DNA of 64,000 bases from assembly GCF_009914755.1 (NCBI RefSeq), contig NC_060927.1. One strand, 5' to 3'. This DNA is from the human T2T-CHM13v2.0 reference genome, Homo sapiens. Of the stretch, positions 14,373-28,991 are shown in pieces. The position numbers were made by a program, and so were the translations under genes. Numbering within the stretch: the stretch's first letter is position 1; the number at the start of each line of letters is the position of its first letter. A model generated the notes under the pieces. The model made no database searches, was not told where the DNA came from, and saw only the letters and a program-made list of their open reading frames with translations.

Positions 14373-17300
14373 TGAAGCATACTCAGGATTTGAAGCAAAT
14401 TAATTTAACCAGAACCACACTTTGGGCCTTTAGATATCTGTCCTAGAATTCTTTCTCTTACATTTGCAAACTTGAGGTTGCCATCCTTCCTTGACAGAAC
14501 ACTCCCAGAAATGCCAAGAATTAAAATGTTGTCGCTTTTGAACACAAGATCTATTTAGGCGGTTGAAAATGGAAACTCTAGTAAAGTAACAATGACTCAT
14601 TGTTAAACTCATTTTAAATACATTTTAAAGACGTTTCAATAACGTGTTCTCTGCACCTCAACACCCCAGCTCCAGGCTTTAACCATTTAAAGAAGTTGTT
14701 GCTCAGTAACTGAGGTGTTCATTTATCATTTTGTTTTATGTTTTAATTAACAGAGTGCATTTTGAAGAAAATAGTTTTGATTTTTTCAAAAGGCAAAGCA
14801 GAAGATATTAAGAAAAAAAAGTGCCACAGCCTCTAGTTAATATAATATCCTAGAAATCACAGTCAGTACTTTTTTTACAGGAGAAGGGTAGTGATTAATA
14901 GGTTGCAATAGGCCATACACTTTTGCCAGCCTGATTTCTTATTTTTATTCCTCAGTTGGTAGCTCAGTTCTTAATGGCTTAGTAAGACTTGGTTTTGATG
15001 CAGAGATATGAAAATATCTCCTCATAATTTCATGTTAATTGTAAATAATCCAAAACAAGTGGCCCTTCACTTGAGGGCCTGAGAAGACACTGGGAAGACC
15101 ACTTTCCTTTTGAAACAGAAGGTTAATTCTATCATCCTGTTCCTGAACTGGCAGTTTATACTCAGTTTCTGCTCCCAGCCTCCAACCTAGTCAGCCTAAG
15201 GGTAATAACCATTTTTATTGTTAAACGTAAAATCTCAAATTTATTATCCAGTTTCTATTAGCAAATGTAATCTCAGCCCCAACTCTATTGCTCCAATTAG
15301 AGTGGCTATGCTATGTAGCTGCTTAAGATTTTTGGATTCAGTATATTTCATCTTTTCCTTTTTTGCCCCATTTTCATGTCTTTGAAATACATTTCTAATA
15401 GAGTATATCCAAGTCTTTATGGAACATCTTAATTCAGAAACAACTCCATAGTACGCTTTGTTTAAGAGCCACTTTTTTGAGCAATAATATTTTTAACATT
15501 CCACCAGATCAGCTGTACAGAATGACTTTGAGAGAACAGCACTTCTCCTTCAAAATGTGAAATGAGGGTTCTGGTTGGCGAAGTAGGTTTATTTATTGTC
15601 CAAAAATTTTACTCCACTAGTCCAGTCTCATAGCACCTGAGAATCAAATTTCTAGCCTCTGTATGTCAGTGTTGCCACATGAAATAAATCTTAGAAGTTA
15701 CTCTTAAATAAAACAAAGGTCTGCTGCAGTGGCAAGCAATTGTTTTCTGCATAAATATAAAATCAAGAAAAATCAAAGTGGTCATAGGTTGCTTTTATTT
15801 TTTTTCTAGAAGTCATTCTTTAAAAAAAATCAGAACATGCAGTATTGAAAACTGAATTCATACAGTCTTTTATTTCTCTTATCTTAAGGTTTTCATTTCA
15901 AACAACAATACTGATTATAATGCTGTGCCTTTAGATACACTTTGTGTGAGATGAAAACCCAACAATGCTGAAGAGGGTATTGGGAGATAGGTAGATGGGG
16001 AGAAAAAAATAGCACCAAGGTTGAGCTACAGAACAATGAAAATGTATTCATTTCATGTTAAGTTTTGTTCAACTGCTTGGGGAGGTTTTGAGAAGCAGTC
16101 TTAGAAAATTATGCAGTGCAATAAGGTATGGTGGACACAAATACTTTCTGGTGCTTGCCTGTTTTATACGTCTTCTTTGCCTATAAAAGAGAAGAGAATA
16201 TTCCAGTGGTTACAGTAGCCTGACATAGCATGAAGTGGAAGCAGTGCCCTCCATCTTGCTTCTTGGCTTAGGTCTCTAAGCTGCTCTGCCTTCTTACTGT
16301 GTCATATGCCCTGTGAGATCCCCCTCATATTATCTCCATCCTTACCTCCACCTGCTGAAGAACAGCCTCCTCCACTGAAACAGGAAGTCTGCACAAAATC
16401 AGTCAGCTCTAGGAGAGTTTTCTTAATGTAGTGCATTAATTGGTGAATGACACTCACCCTGTCCACTCTTTTGAGGTTCTTCTTGAAATTGGTCCCTGGT
16501 TTGTGGACCACATTGGAAAGCCAGCCAGACTGCAGGAGGCCCAATTTCATCTCCTGACCTAGTGTAGATTGTAAATAACAAATAATAAATACATAATAAA
16601 GAAACACATAGGCTTGTCAATGATGAGCTTTTGAACTAAGTCAACTTTGTGATTTAATATAAATCATTTAAATCACTTGAATTTTTGAAACAAGCATACT
16701 CTGCATTTTATAGGTGAGGAGAGGTTTATGTTGAGTTAGTTTTTGGATTACTGATGCTGTACTATCAGAAATATGATGACTTTCATCACCTCCAAAAGTT
16801 AATCAATCAATGGAGAAGATCCTTCTGAAGTCTGTGGGAGGTTGCACCATCTCCAATTCAACAGGTTAATTATGAATATTTGTTAAATATTTTTTGTCGT
16901 GCTGTCATAGGACAGAAGCAAAACATTTACTTATGAATGTAAAAACATTAACATGAAACTAAATGGACTAAAAAAAAGTTTAAGCTTTTGACTAATTTAG
17001 CCAGATCAAAATAAAGTAAAATATTGGTATTATGCAAATGACTTAGTACTTGGCTTCTATTCTTGTGTTCTTATAAAAAGGAAAGAAGGTTGCTTTTTAA
17101 AATTTCTAAATAAATTATATATTTCAAAACAAGTTTTCTCAAAGAATAAAAACATTCTATCTATTCAATTCCTGATGTTAAAATCTAGGTTATTCATGGA
17201 AGCAGGGCCTATATTCTGTCTTATGCCTAGCACCAAACACAGGGTTTGATGGTAAATATATATAATGAATATTTTAGATGACTAAATCAACTTATAAGTA

Positions 17301-18677
17301 CCCACTAGACATCACAACCGGGAAGCCCCACAAACATCTCAGATTGGGCATTTCTAAAAATGAACTCATCCTTGCTCTCTCCTAATTTGCTCCAACCTAC
17401 AACCTTCTCTCTACTTCTTCTCCCATGTTTTCCTTCTCAGTGAGGTTGCCCGGCCTAATACCTGGGTGTCAGTGTAGACCAGGGCCTGTCTATGGTTTTT
17501 CCTGAAGATTTCCCAAATAGCATGGGCTTAAATGTAATTTAAAAAGGATTCCAAGTAGTTTTATGTTGGGCTATTTTGTTGATATTCCGTGACATGACTT
17601 GAAATAATTGGAAACACCCTGGGGTATCACAGGCAGAAAGAACAAGAAATCCTCCTCTCAACATGTTCTAGTCTTTCTTTGATCTTTGTTTTCCGTGTAC
17701 TTTAGTAGTATGTCTTCCCGGTGTGGTTCTGCCCGCCTGATTCTATTGCATATAAGTAGATACCTATATAAGCAGGTAGATACAGGTAGGAGCTTTTGTC
17801 ATTTTCGTAAAATAAAATGGATACATTCAGGTACAGCATATAAACAAAGCCAATGATTCTTAAAATCAAGTCTGCATGTCTCTTTGATACCCCAATCAGA
17901 TGAATTCGCCACTGACAAGGTTGAGGTTGTGAGTCAGGCCTATGCCATGAGCTCTAGGTGCCACATGCCCCTTCCTGGAGTACTTGCTACCTTCAGCCAG
18001 ACACACACTGTGCCAACTACCCACTGTCTTCCTGGTGCTCCAGAGAGTGAGAATGTAGGAAAAGCGGTTGGTGGCATGGAAACAGTTAATTCTCAACTTC
18101 TTTCAGTTTGCCCAGAATATTCCAAGCTGTGTGAAGAAGCCTCACTGAGTGTTTTTTCCTTTTTTGCCAAACAGCATGTGAAACTGGAAGTCTGACAAAG
18201 GTATTGATTAAAAAATAAGTTAATTGGAATAACCAACTGTTTTTCTTCTGGCATTGTTGAATATATATGCATATATTTGAATATATACTCAGGTTGGCAA
18301 ACAGGTATCAATTAAATAATTACAGCGTAGTTAAAGGAAAATTGTTTTAAATTTGAAAATATACAGTGTTTTTAAAAATAGGTTGATATGAAACGCCTTA
18401 ATTGTTGTTTCTTGGGAAAAACTAGCCCTTATTCTAGAATGTTTACCTTCTTATTCTTTATGATGAAACATACAATTTTTTTATTAAATAATGGTGGTAG
18501 TTGGTAAAATAAAATGTGGGAATCTGACATCATCCTTCATTCATTTCATTTTTTTTATAGTTATAAAGCCCCTTTCTTTTTTTTTTTAATGGTTTCCCAA
18601 TCTTTATTTTCATGACATTAACGTTTTTGAAGAGTGTTGGCCAGTTACTTCAAAGAATAGCCTTCAATTTGGGCCTG

Positions 18678-19451
18678 TTTTTTCTTTTTTTTTAATTATT
18701 ATTAATACTTAAAGTTTTAGGGTACATGTGCACAACGTGCAGGTTTGTTACATATGTATACATGTGCCATGTTGGTGTGCTGCACCCATTAACTTGTCAT
18801 TTAGCATTAGGTATATCTCCTAATGCTATCCCTTCCCCCTCCCCCCACCCCACAACAGGCCCTGGTGTGTGATGTTCCCCTTCCTGTGTCCATGTGTTCT
18901 CATTGTTCAATTCCCACCTATGAGTGAGAACATGCAGTGTTTGGTTTTTTTGTCCTTGCGATAGTTTGCTGAGAATGATGGTTTCCAGCTTCATCCGTGT
19001 CCCTACAAAGGACATGAACTCATCATTTTTTATGGCTGCATAGTATTCCATGGTGTATATGTGCCACATTTTCTTAATCCAGTCTATCATTGTTGGACCA
19101 TAATCACTGGCCATCAGAGAAATGCAAATCAAAAGCACAATGAGATACCATCTCACACCAGTTAGAATGACAATCATTAAAAAGTCAGGAAACAACAGGT
19201 GCTGGAGAGGATGTGGAGAAATAGGAACACTTTTACATGGTTGGTGGGACTGTAAACTAGTTCAACCATTGTGGAAGTCAGTGTGGCGATTCCTCAGGGA
19301 TCTAGAACTAGAAATACCATTTGACCCAGCCATCCCATTACGGGTATATACCCAAAGGATTGTAAATCATGCTGCTATAAAGACACATGCACACGTATGT
19401 TTCTTGAGGCACTATTCACAATAGCAAAGACTTGGAACCAACCCAAATGTC
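18678..19451 (-). mobile_element. 5'-truncated, 5'-inverted L1PA (approx. L1PA3-5)
   Basis: 18678-19098 is the L1 3' end on the minus strand. 19099-19451 is the adjoining upstream ORF2 segment on the plus strand ([23 protein letters not shown], frameshifted). It lacks the Ta ACA diagnostic. Confidence 0.93.
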
Positions 19452-20257
19452 ATTTCATTTTTAAATTTGCACATCCATGAACACTGATCTGGCAGTGTGA
19501 TTTATAAGGAGGAGCTCCAGGCTTCACTGTAGACATGCTCTGGGTGGAAGTGTAGAATGGAGGTGTTAGTACTTCCAAAATCACAATATAAAGCAGGGTT
19601 GGGCAAGGTGTCATGGTGGAATAGAAATGACACTAGTCTAGGGGTCAAGAGCACACATTCTTATTCTAGCTCCATCAGTCATGAGTCAAGAAGGTGAGTC
19701 ATCAATCTCATTTGCAAAATGGAGACAAAAACCATACCATCCTTCTTCACAGGGATGTTGAATAATCAAAGAAAATCATGTGCATGAAGTACCTTGATAA
19801 CTGCACAGGGCTATGCAAAAAATAAGGCACTTATCATACAAGGAAGCCATGTTTTTTTCTGGAGAGTGGGAATGTGAGGGGAGGGTTGATACTGAAAATA
19901 AACACCAGTATTCTGGTGTACTTCCCATAAACTGTACTTCCCATAATGTTTCATACCAGGGTGAACCTAAGGGAGGTTCAGCCAGTGACTGGCAGTGGTC
20001 ACAACCCCAGGCAGGAGGCAGGTGTTCATTTGCCTGTGATCGACTTGCACTGCTGCCAGGGGGCAGGCTGCTCACCAGCATTCTAGCCCACATTGGAAGG
20101 GCTGGCAGGCTTGTATGTGAGGAAGGGATGGCCTATGTGAGTCAAAGCAGATTGGGCAGTGGGCCAGCTTGTTGGCGGACACTGGGAGCATCCCTGTGCT
20201 AATGGCATAGACCTTCGAAGAATATTTAGAGCATGTTAGGACAATAATGCCACAATC

Positions 20258-20338
20258 CCAAAGAAACACATGTATACATATAACACATTCTTATTTTCAA
20301 CCAAAGAAACACATGTATACATATAACACATTCTTATT
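20258..20338. repeat. Exact 38-bp direct repeat, period 43
   Basis: ccaaagaaacacatgtatacatataacacattcttatt at 20258-20295 and 20301-20338. Confidence 0.95.
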
Positions 20339-20394
20339 GTCAGTCAAAATTGATCACCAATATGATAAATAGCCATTTTTTTTCTGTTTTGCCT

Positions 20395-20722
20395 TTTGTT
20401 TGTTTGTTTGTTTGTTTGTTTTGTGAGACAGGGTCTCACTCTGTCATCCAGGCTGGAGTGCTGTGGTGCGATCATGGCTCACTGCAGCCTTGACCTCCTG
20501 GGCTCAAGTGATCCTCCCACCTCAGTTCCCGAGTAGCTGGGACTACAGGCATGTGCCAACATGCTTGGCTAATTTTTGTATTTTTCTTCTTTTTTATTTT
20601 TTTGTAGAGACGAGATCTCGCCATGTTGCCCAGGCTGGTCTCAAACTCCTGGGTTCAAGTGACCAACCTGCCTTGGCCTCCCAAAGTGCTCGGTTTACAG
20701 GTGTGAGCCACCACGTCCAACC
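20395..20722 (-). mobile_element. AluJ with (TTTG)n tail
   Basis: gcagccttgacctcctgggctcaagtgatcctccc is AluJ-type. Confidence 0.9.
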
Positions 20723-20818
20723 AACACTGGTATTTTTAACAGTAGTTTTAGGTACATATGAAAGTCCAAGAGGCTTTCTTGTGAGATTTATAAGCATATG
20801 GGAGAAGTAGTGGAATTC

Positions 20819-21200
<382 letters not shown>

Positions 21201-21834
21201 CTAAGAGCCAGGGGACCCTCAAAACCACATGAGAAGCATGATGCTGGTTCTTAAAGCTTACTCTGAAAGAAGGATTGGAAAAGCACCACAATAGGAGGAT
21301 ATTAAATCATAGATTCATAGAACCAGATATAAAAATGACTTTGGGGGTTATCCAATACCCAATTCATATTCTGTTGACGGTTAGCACAAAAGCCTTAGAG
21401 AATAAAGAGAGAATAAAGACTTTCTGGGAAGAAGAATTATGAGTTGTTTCATAAGTGCTTTCCATGGGAAAGATGTGTACCTTTTCTCTTTCTCATTTAA
21501 AAAAAAAGTGAAAACTGGAATTCCTCTAACCTCAGATCTTCCAGGAGTATTTGGGTGGGCTCTGTTGACAACAGGTCTGCTATCATACAACAAATACAAA
21601 TGTATTTGATGAGAAAAGATATTATCAAATCCTATGCTCATGAATAAGACAGCATAGGATTGTTATGCATAGCCATAACCTAGACAGCTAGAACCATTCA
21701 TTCATCCATTCATCAGTTATTCATTCAGTTATTCAAATATTTAAACAGAGTTGTACAAAATCCTCTAGGTTGGATGATCTGTCAACTGGGTGCTTCTGCA
21801 AGAAAGATGATAGCAGGTAGTCTTGGTGTGACCG

Positions 21835-22470
21835 CAACAGCCAGAGTGATCTTTTCAATATGTAAATCAGTTCATCTCACTTCTGTGATTAAATCCCAGT
21901 GGCTTCTCATAATTCTTAGAATAAAATCCAAACCTTCTGGCATAGTATTTGAGATCTCCATGGTCTCCCTGATGGCCTCACCAAGCCGGTCTCTACCACT
22001 GTGCCTCTGCCTGCTTAGCTGCAGTCACACTCAACTTTTCGCTTTTCTTCAAAGAAGTTGAGGGTAGCTCAGGGTCTTGGTACATGGTGTTCCTTCTCCT
22101 GGAGCTCTGTACCTTTCACTGTCTTCAAAGATTGTTTCCTCACTTCAGTCAGTTCTCTGTTCAAGTGTTACCTCCCTGGGGAGGCTTCTACTAACCTTCC
22201 TATTTAAAATAGCACCATCCACTGCAACATGTTCCATGCTTTTATTCTGCTTTGTTGTTATTCCGCTTGGTAGTTATTACTTCTCCTGACATTACATCAT
22301 TTATTTGGGTGTCACCTGTCCTCCCTGCCCTCCTCCACCAGAATGTGGAGCTTTATGAGGGCAGAAACCTTGTCTGTTGTGTTCTCTGCTGTAGGCTCAA
22401 CATCAAGAACAGTCCCTGGCATGTAGGAGGCTCATAAGAAACTATCTGTTAAATGAGCAAATAAATGATG
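21835..22470 (+). mobile_element. L2 LINE 3' end
   Basis: cagccagagtgatctttt...tcttagaataaaatccaaac...gagggcagaaaccttgtctg...cctggcatgtaggaggctca...aaatgagcaaataaatg. Confidence 0.75.
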
Positions 22471-22624
22471 AGAAGGAGTGATGAAAGGATTTGGGTTAGG
22501 AGAAAAAAGGTGTGTCACATAACAGAGAACACGGAATCCCTGAGCTTCATCTTCTTCATTGGCCACTACCCCATCCTCTACAGAGCTCACTTGCTTTTCT
22601 TCTTCAGCCTGCAGAGGAGGCCTA

Positions 22625-22770
22625 AGCAAAGCGATTCAAACTTTCATGTGCAACAAATTTCCCAGATCTTGTGAAAATGCAGATTCTGACACAGTAGGTC
22701 TGAGACAGGGCTTAAAATTCAGTATTTCTAGGACTCTCCCAGGTGATGCAGATGCTGCTGGTCCACAGTC
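22625..22770. mobile_element. MER5A-like DNA transposon relic
   Basis: aaaatgcagattctgacacagtaggtctg...cccaggtgatgcagatgctgctggtcc. Confidence 0.75.
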
Positions 22771-24049
22771 CAGGGAAGGGCAAATATTACAAAGCCCGCC
22801 CGACAGGCACAGGTGCTTCCCAGCCTTTCCAATACCACCTCTCCACCCCCACTTCCCAGTAAAAACACCCATTGAGAGGGGAATAATTAAATGTATAAAT
22901 TCTCTTCTTGAAGTTTCTATGTTTAGGAATCTTGTTAAGTTGTGCTTTTGGAATATTTGTCTCATTAATCTATTTAGGAAATGGCTTGTATCTCTGTTTT
23001 AGAAATAAAGTAAAAGAACGTTCTTACAGGATTTCTCCTATTTGAGGTCTAATGCCACAAGCAAAGAAAGACTGTAAATTTCCCCAAGGTGTCTGGGAAA
23101 TAGAATTTTATATTGCATCCATTTGTGGGTAGGGTAGCCCAGAAGTGTCACACGTATTACACCTCAGTAGTTCCCCAACGCCTCTCCGTCATTCCATGTC
23201 ACAGCGTGCAATTCCTACTCTACATCCCAGTATTGTCCAAACAAACAATTGACTTCCCATATCTTCACACAGAATATCATAAGCCTGTGCATAAAATATG
23301 CCAAGATTATTTGGCATTGCATTTGGTAAAGGAAACTCTATAGCTGATTTTTCCCTCCTTGTCTCCAACAACTTTGTTTCATTGTGACCAAAAGATACAA
23401 AGTATAGTCTAGCCCAGACAGGGGATTTATTTTGGCATATCCTAAAAGACAGATTTCCAAATATTTCAGAAAAGCATCCTAATCTAGAAAGAAGGTGTTA
23501 TCATTCCTATATCATTATTAATCATAGAATTTAGTTTTGTAAGCCAAGGACCAAAGGTAACATTGGACAGGGAAGAGAAACATCTGTTATTTTGTTCTCT
23601 CAAATATTTATTTTTGTCACTTATATACTACAAAAGACAACTGAATTATTGTGGTCTGGAGTAGGCTTTTTAAAAAAGTAGATTTTGAGGGAGGAAGAAG
23701 AAAGGAAGGATAGTTTGGAAATAATATATAGTTTCTGTTCTTATTGACATTGCTTGTACTTTTTATTGTTCTTTTGATGTTTATGGAAGTGCTTTTAGAC
23801 ATAATTAACAATGCGAATCCTTTGGGATCACACTGAATTGTATTAATGAACATAATTATAGGTGTTGATTTCGTGGGGAGAAAAATGTGTCCTATTTAAT
23901 ATGTAGTTTTAACAGGGAAATTGATTTGAAAACTAAGGCTAAATTAAATATACTTATGAGAACATATTAGTAGCACATGCAACCTCTCTTCCTCACAGTC
24001 TACTAGGAAAGAACAGACATAAACCTCATTGTCTCTGCTCAGCAAGAGA

Positions 24050-24300
24050 GAATATTCCATAATGTCTATGAGCTCAGGCTCTAGAATTGGCAGATCTGGA
24101 TTGAAATCAGGCTTAGCAATTATTAATAATTCAAGCAAGCTTCTCTGAGACTTGATTTTTCTTATCTGTAAAAGGGGATGATAGTGATTCATATCTTTCA
24201 GGGTAGCTCTGGAGGTGAAATAGGATAACATGAAGTGTATAAAGCCTATAGTCCCAAATAAGGGCCGAATAAATGTCAGCCACTACAATTATAATAATTA
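24050..24300 (+). mobile_element. MIR
   Basis: ttcttatctgtaaaaggggatgatagt matches the MIR core. Confidence 0.6.
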
Positions 24301-24425
24301 TTCTTATCACTATATTATCATTAATGTCAATCACTGTCAGGCACTAGAGTAGCAACCAGATGGTTGATAGATCTGGTAAAAACAAAAGTATTTCTAAAAT
24401 AAGCCAAAGCCTCTTGAATTGAATA

Positions 24426-24794
24426 TAGTAGTCATCACTTACCCTTAGGGAATACATTCCAAAACCCCCAGCAGATGCCTGAAGCCATGAATAGTACTAA
24501 ACCCTACATATGCTGTGTTTCTTCCATACATACAAGTTTTTGTGTATACATTTCTTGTCATATTATATCCTACGATAAAGTTTAATTTATAAATTAGACA
24601 CAATAAGATATTAACAATAAATAATAATAAAATATAATGATTATAAAAATATTCTTAATAAAATTTATATGAATGTGGTCTCTCCCTCTCTCTCTCAGAA
24701 TAACTCATGATACTGTATCCACCTATCTGGGGACTATGGTTGACCAGGGGTAACCGAAACCATGGAGAGCAAAACCGCGAATAAGAGGGTACTG
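24426..24794 (-). mobile_element. MER44-type (Tigger7-related) DNA transposon
   Basis: The right end ggttgaccaggggtaaccgaaaccatggagagcaaaaccgcgaataagagggtactg and the left end tagtagtcatcacttaccc form degenerate TIRs. Confidence 0.75.
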
Positions 24795-27063
24795 TGGTTA
24801 ACTCCCAATCCCTTCTCCACAAGACTTGCCAATAGCTTTGTAGCTGCCCTTTCCTCTTGTCCAACTGTTTTTCAAGCTCCTTTTGTTTTTTTTACACACT
24901 ACCTAGGCTTGAGAACCGCTACACACATAGCTTGCCTCTCATTACTGCCACCTTTTTCCTGGCAAACTCTGAAGTTCACTGCCCCTTTCTCCTTTGCTTC
25001 TCTTGCCACCTCTCCAACCTCAAACTTTCATGCGTATATACATTGTCACTTGCAGGAAAGAACTGCTTTGGTTGCTGTCTCAAGTCACCTTATTTACTGA
25101 ATAACTGTAGTTATTCATAACTACATTTCCTTTTGCCTTTGTTCCTGGTGGGAAGATCTATTTATTTTCCCCCAGGAGGTCCTGTCATTGAGATGGGAAA
25201 GTATGTTTCCTGGCCAAGTGCCACCAGAAAGACAATCCCCAGCCTGGAGAAAAACTAAATGCTCCTTTTGGTGGGGCTGTCATTCACTTTTAAGTACCAC
25301 TGGGCCTCTGCACAGCTCCCCTCTCAGGGTTCTCACATGAAAGTGGCATTGCCTCAGTGGATAGTCTTCCCCTTCCCATTGCATACTGCATGTGGCATTC
25401 AGCTGCAGCACATTAAAAGTGTCAAAAAATTGCTGTGTTTTCCTCTTCTACATCAATTAGCTCTCTATTTCCTGTTTCACTTTTCCATTTTGTTTACCCC
25501 AAACAATGTAAAATCTGAGATTTTCTAATTTATACCCTGTGTTTCTCTCACAGGCATTCTGCAGCATGTAAGAATGACACACAAAAACAATCCTATCTAT
25601 AGTTTTTATGCCAGTTTTTAAGTCCCGGAAGCTCAATTCTGAGATCTTTTTTATTCCAGTCACACTTACTTGGTTACAAGATGTTCTGGGACTTCTAGGG
25701 CACCATTTGGGAATGGGAGGAGTTTAGGAAAGGCCAAGACCAAGGAAAGAGAAACTAAGAGGCTATGGTGCATGTGCATCCCTTGTCCCATCAAGGAAGA
25801 GGGCAGCAGTTTAAAATCACACTACAGGCCAGAGGCATCCTTTGTCCCATCAAGGAAGGAGACAGCAGTTTAAACTACATTATAGGACCACTTTACTACA
25901 CGATGGCATTTCAGTACCACAACCATCTGATCTGTTGGGTAAATTGTAGCAGCAGCTGAAATATCCAAATATTGGCAAAGCCAGATTTCAGCAGTTGTAG
26001 CATCATATTTCTTTGGGGCCCACCAGTTTAGGCCAAACATAAGCTCTAGCAAGGTCTAGAGAAATAAACAAGGGGGTTGGAAAAGATATGCTATGAGTTG
26101 GATCCCCAGGAGGCAGAGGTTTATGGCAGGTCCTCACCAGGGGATGTTGAACTCAAATGAGGAATAAAAGCACAGCCGTATTCAAAGTCCTTGTCCATGA
26201 GGTTAGGAAGGCTGTGGCTGGGTGGAACCATACATGCATAAGGTTGCACCCTATTGAAACAATGAAACTAGAAATACTACTTTCTCAAAGCAGAACCACT
26301 CCACCACTCTGTTCAGCCCATTAGTTATCAATTCTTCTGGCCTAAGACAGCAGCCTTGCCAGCTTTCCATTTTCTGTCTACCTCCCCTAACCTCATTTAT
26401 TTGTGTAGAGATAGGATGCACACTTTTCCTGAGATATCTGCAGCGCAATTTCTCAGGAATAAATCTCTGTTCTTACTTTATAGCACTTTGTCAGACAAAT
26501 CTTGGCGCCAGCTCTTTGGGTTCCTTTTTGAGCATAAGTCATATTGATGTGTGAGAAAAGCTGATCCTCTGTCCACAGGACTTGTTTCTCTCAATATTTT
26601 CTCAGGGTCCTTCTGGCTGAATTGTCTGCTGTGGACTTGTCCCGTTTCTCCTGGTGAATCAGCCAATTTAGATGATTTGCTCAAGTTGTTATTCAGTCAG
26701 GATCACGGTTGGATGAACAATTCCTTGGAATCTTTATTCTCCACGTTTTTTAAAAACAAAGTTGGGAAAGTTCCAGCCCTCTCTGTGCTTTCACAAAGCT
26801 TTGTGCTTTCTGATAGTATCCAAGGAACCAGGGGTGAAAGTAGATTGTATGTAACTGTCAATCCCACTGGTTCCCACTGAAATTAAGTCAGCCTCAATCT
26901 ATATGGCTTTTAAAGGACTATGCGATATTCAGAAATGGGCAAGTTGGTTGGAAAATTATGATACTATCCTTGCCTTGACCATGATATGTGCTGCATCTGT
27001 GCTTACTCTTTTCTATCTCCTTTCTGACAATTTCTGGTTCTTTACTTCAGCTCTCTTACTGAC

Positions 27064-27404
27064 TGCCTTAGTCCATTTTGTGCATTATGACAGAACACCC
27101 GAGACTGGGCAACTTATAATGAACAGAAGCTTATTTTCTCACAGTTCTGGATACTGAGAAGTCCAAGATCTAGGTGCTGGCATCTTGCAAGGGCCCTCTT
27201 GCTGCACCACCACATGGCAGAAGGCAGAAGGGCAAAGAGACTAAAAGGGGGCCAAACTTGTCCTTTTTTAATGGCATTAATCCACCCAGGAGGGCAAAGC
27301 CCTCATAGCCTAATCACCTCTCAAAGGTATCACCTCTTAATACTGTGGATAGCAGTTAAATGTCAACACGTGTTTTGGAGGGGACAAACATTGAAACCAT
27401 AGCA
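27064..27404 (-). mobile_element. MST/MLT1A-type MaLR solo LTR
   Basis: tgccttagtccatttt...ctcacagttctgga...ggaggggacaaacattgaaaccatagca. Confidence 0.8.
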
Positions 27405-27418
27405 CTGACTTTCAATAA

Positions 27419-27949
<531 letters not shown>

Positions 27950-28084
27950 TAAAATGATCACCTCCCTTCAGTCTCTGCTTGTCAAAATGCTACCTATCTT
28001 ACTAGTATGTGACCAAGGACCAGTCATTACATTTCTCTGAATCTTAGTTTGTGGAAGGAGGATACCCAACTAAGATATGGTAGA

Positions 28085-28085
<1 letters not shown>

Positions 28086-28167
<82 letters not shown>

Positions 28168-28246
28168 CATATATTCTTCAAATATATACAAGCTTCACTC
28201 ATATATATATATGTGTGTGTGTATATATATATATATATATCTATAT
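28086..28246. repeat. (CT)n(AT)n and TA/TG microsatellite cluster
   Basis: Directly visible. Confidence 0.95.
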
Positions 28247-28674
28247 ACCTCATTTTTAAAAACAACTATTTACTATTACTATTTTATGACTATACCTTAA
28301 TTTACTTAGGCAGTGCAGTTGATGGAAATTTCATATACAATAATTCAGAAAGATCTTAGTTTCATGAATCTCTATTCACTGAGCAAGTTGCCTGCTTTCC
28401 TCCTTTCAGACTTGGGGTTTAAATACTGTGTCTAATGTCATTTAGTGGTTCAGTGGGGGCACATGCCCAGATATGCTCCATCAATAGCTTAGTCCAGTCT
28501 CTCAGTTATGACATCTTTTTCTGGTGGCAAACATTCTCTAAGATTCTATTGGCAGTAGCTACCTCAGATAGGAAATACCAAGTTCTTAGGCTTAGTTAAA
28601 AAAAGTTACTTGTTCATTAATAGACTCGGCCGTGGTATAGGATTCATATAGACTATACCCCTTGCTTTGCCTAG

Positions 28675-28991
<317 letters not shown>

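Noticed and set aside
18797-19424. 132-aa and 100-aa ORFs with real protein-like sequence
   Set aside because: Fragments of L1 ORF2 and 3'UTR across an inversion junction, truncated and frameshifted; not genes.
20258-20338. 38-bp direct repeats resembling a CRISPR repeat
   Set aside because: Only two copies with a 5-nt spacer, no cas genes, and human context.
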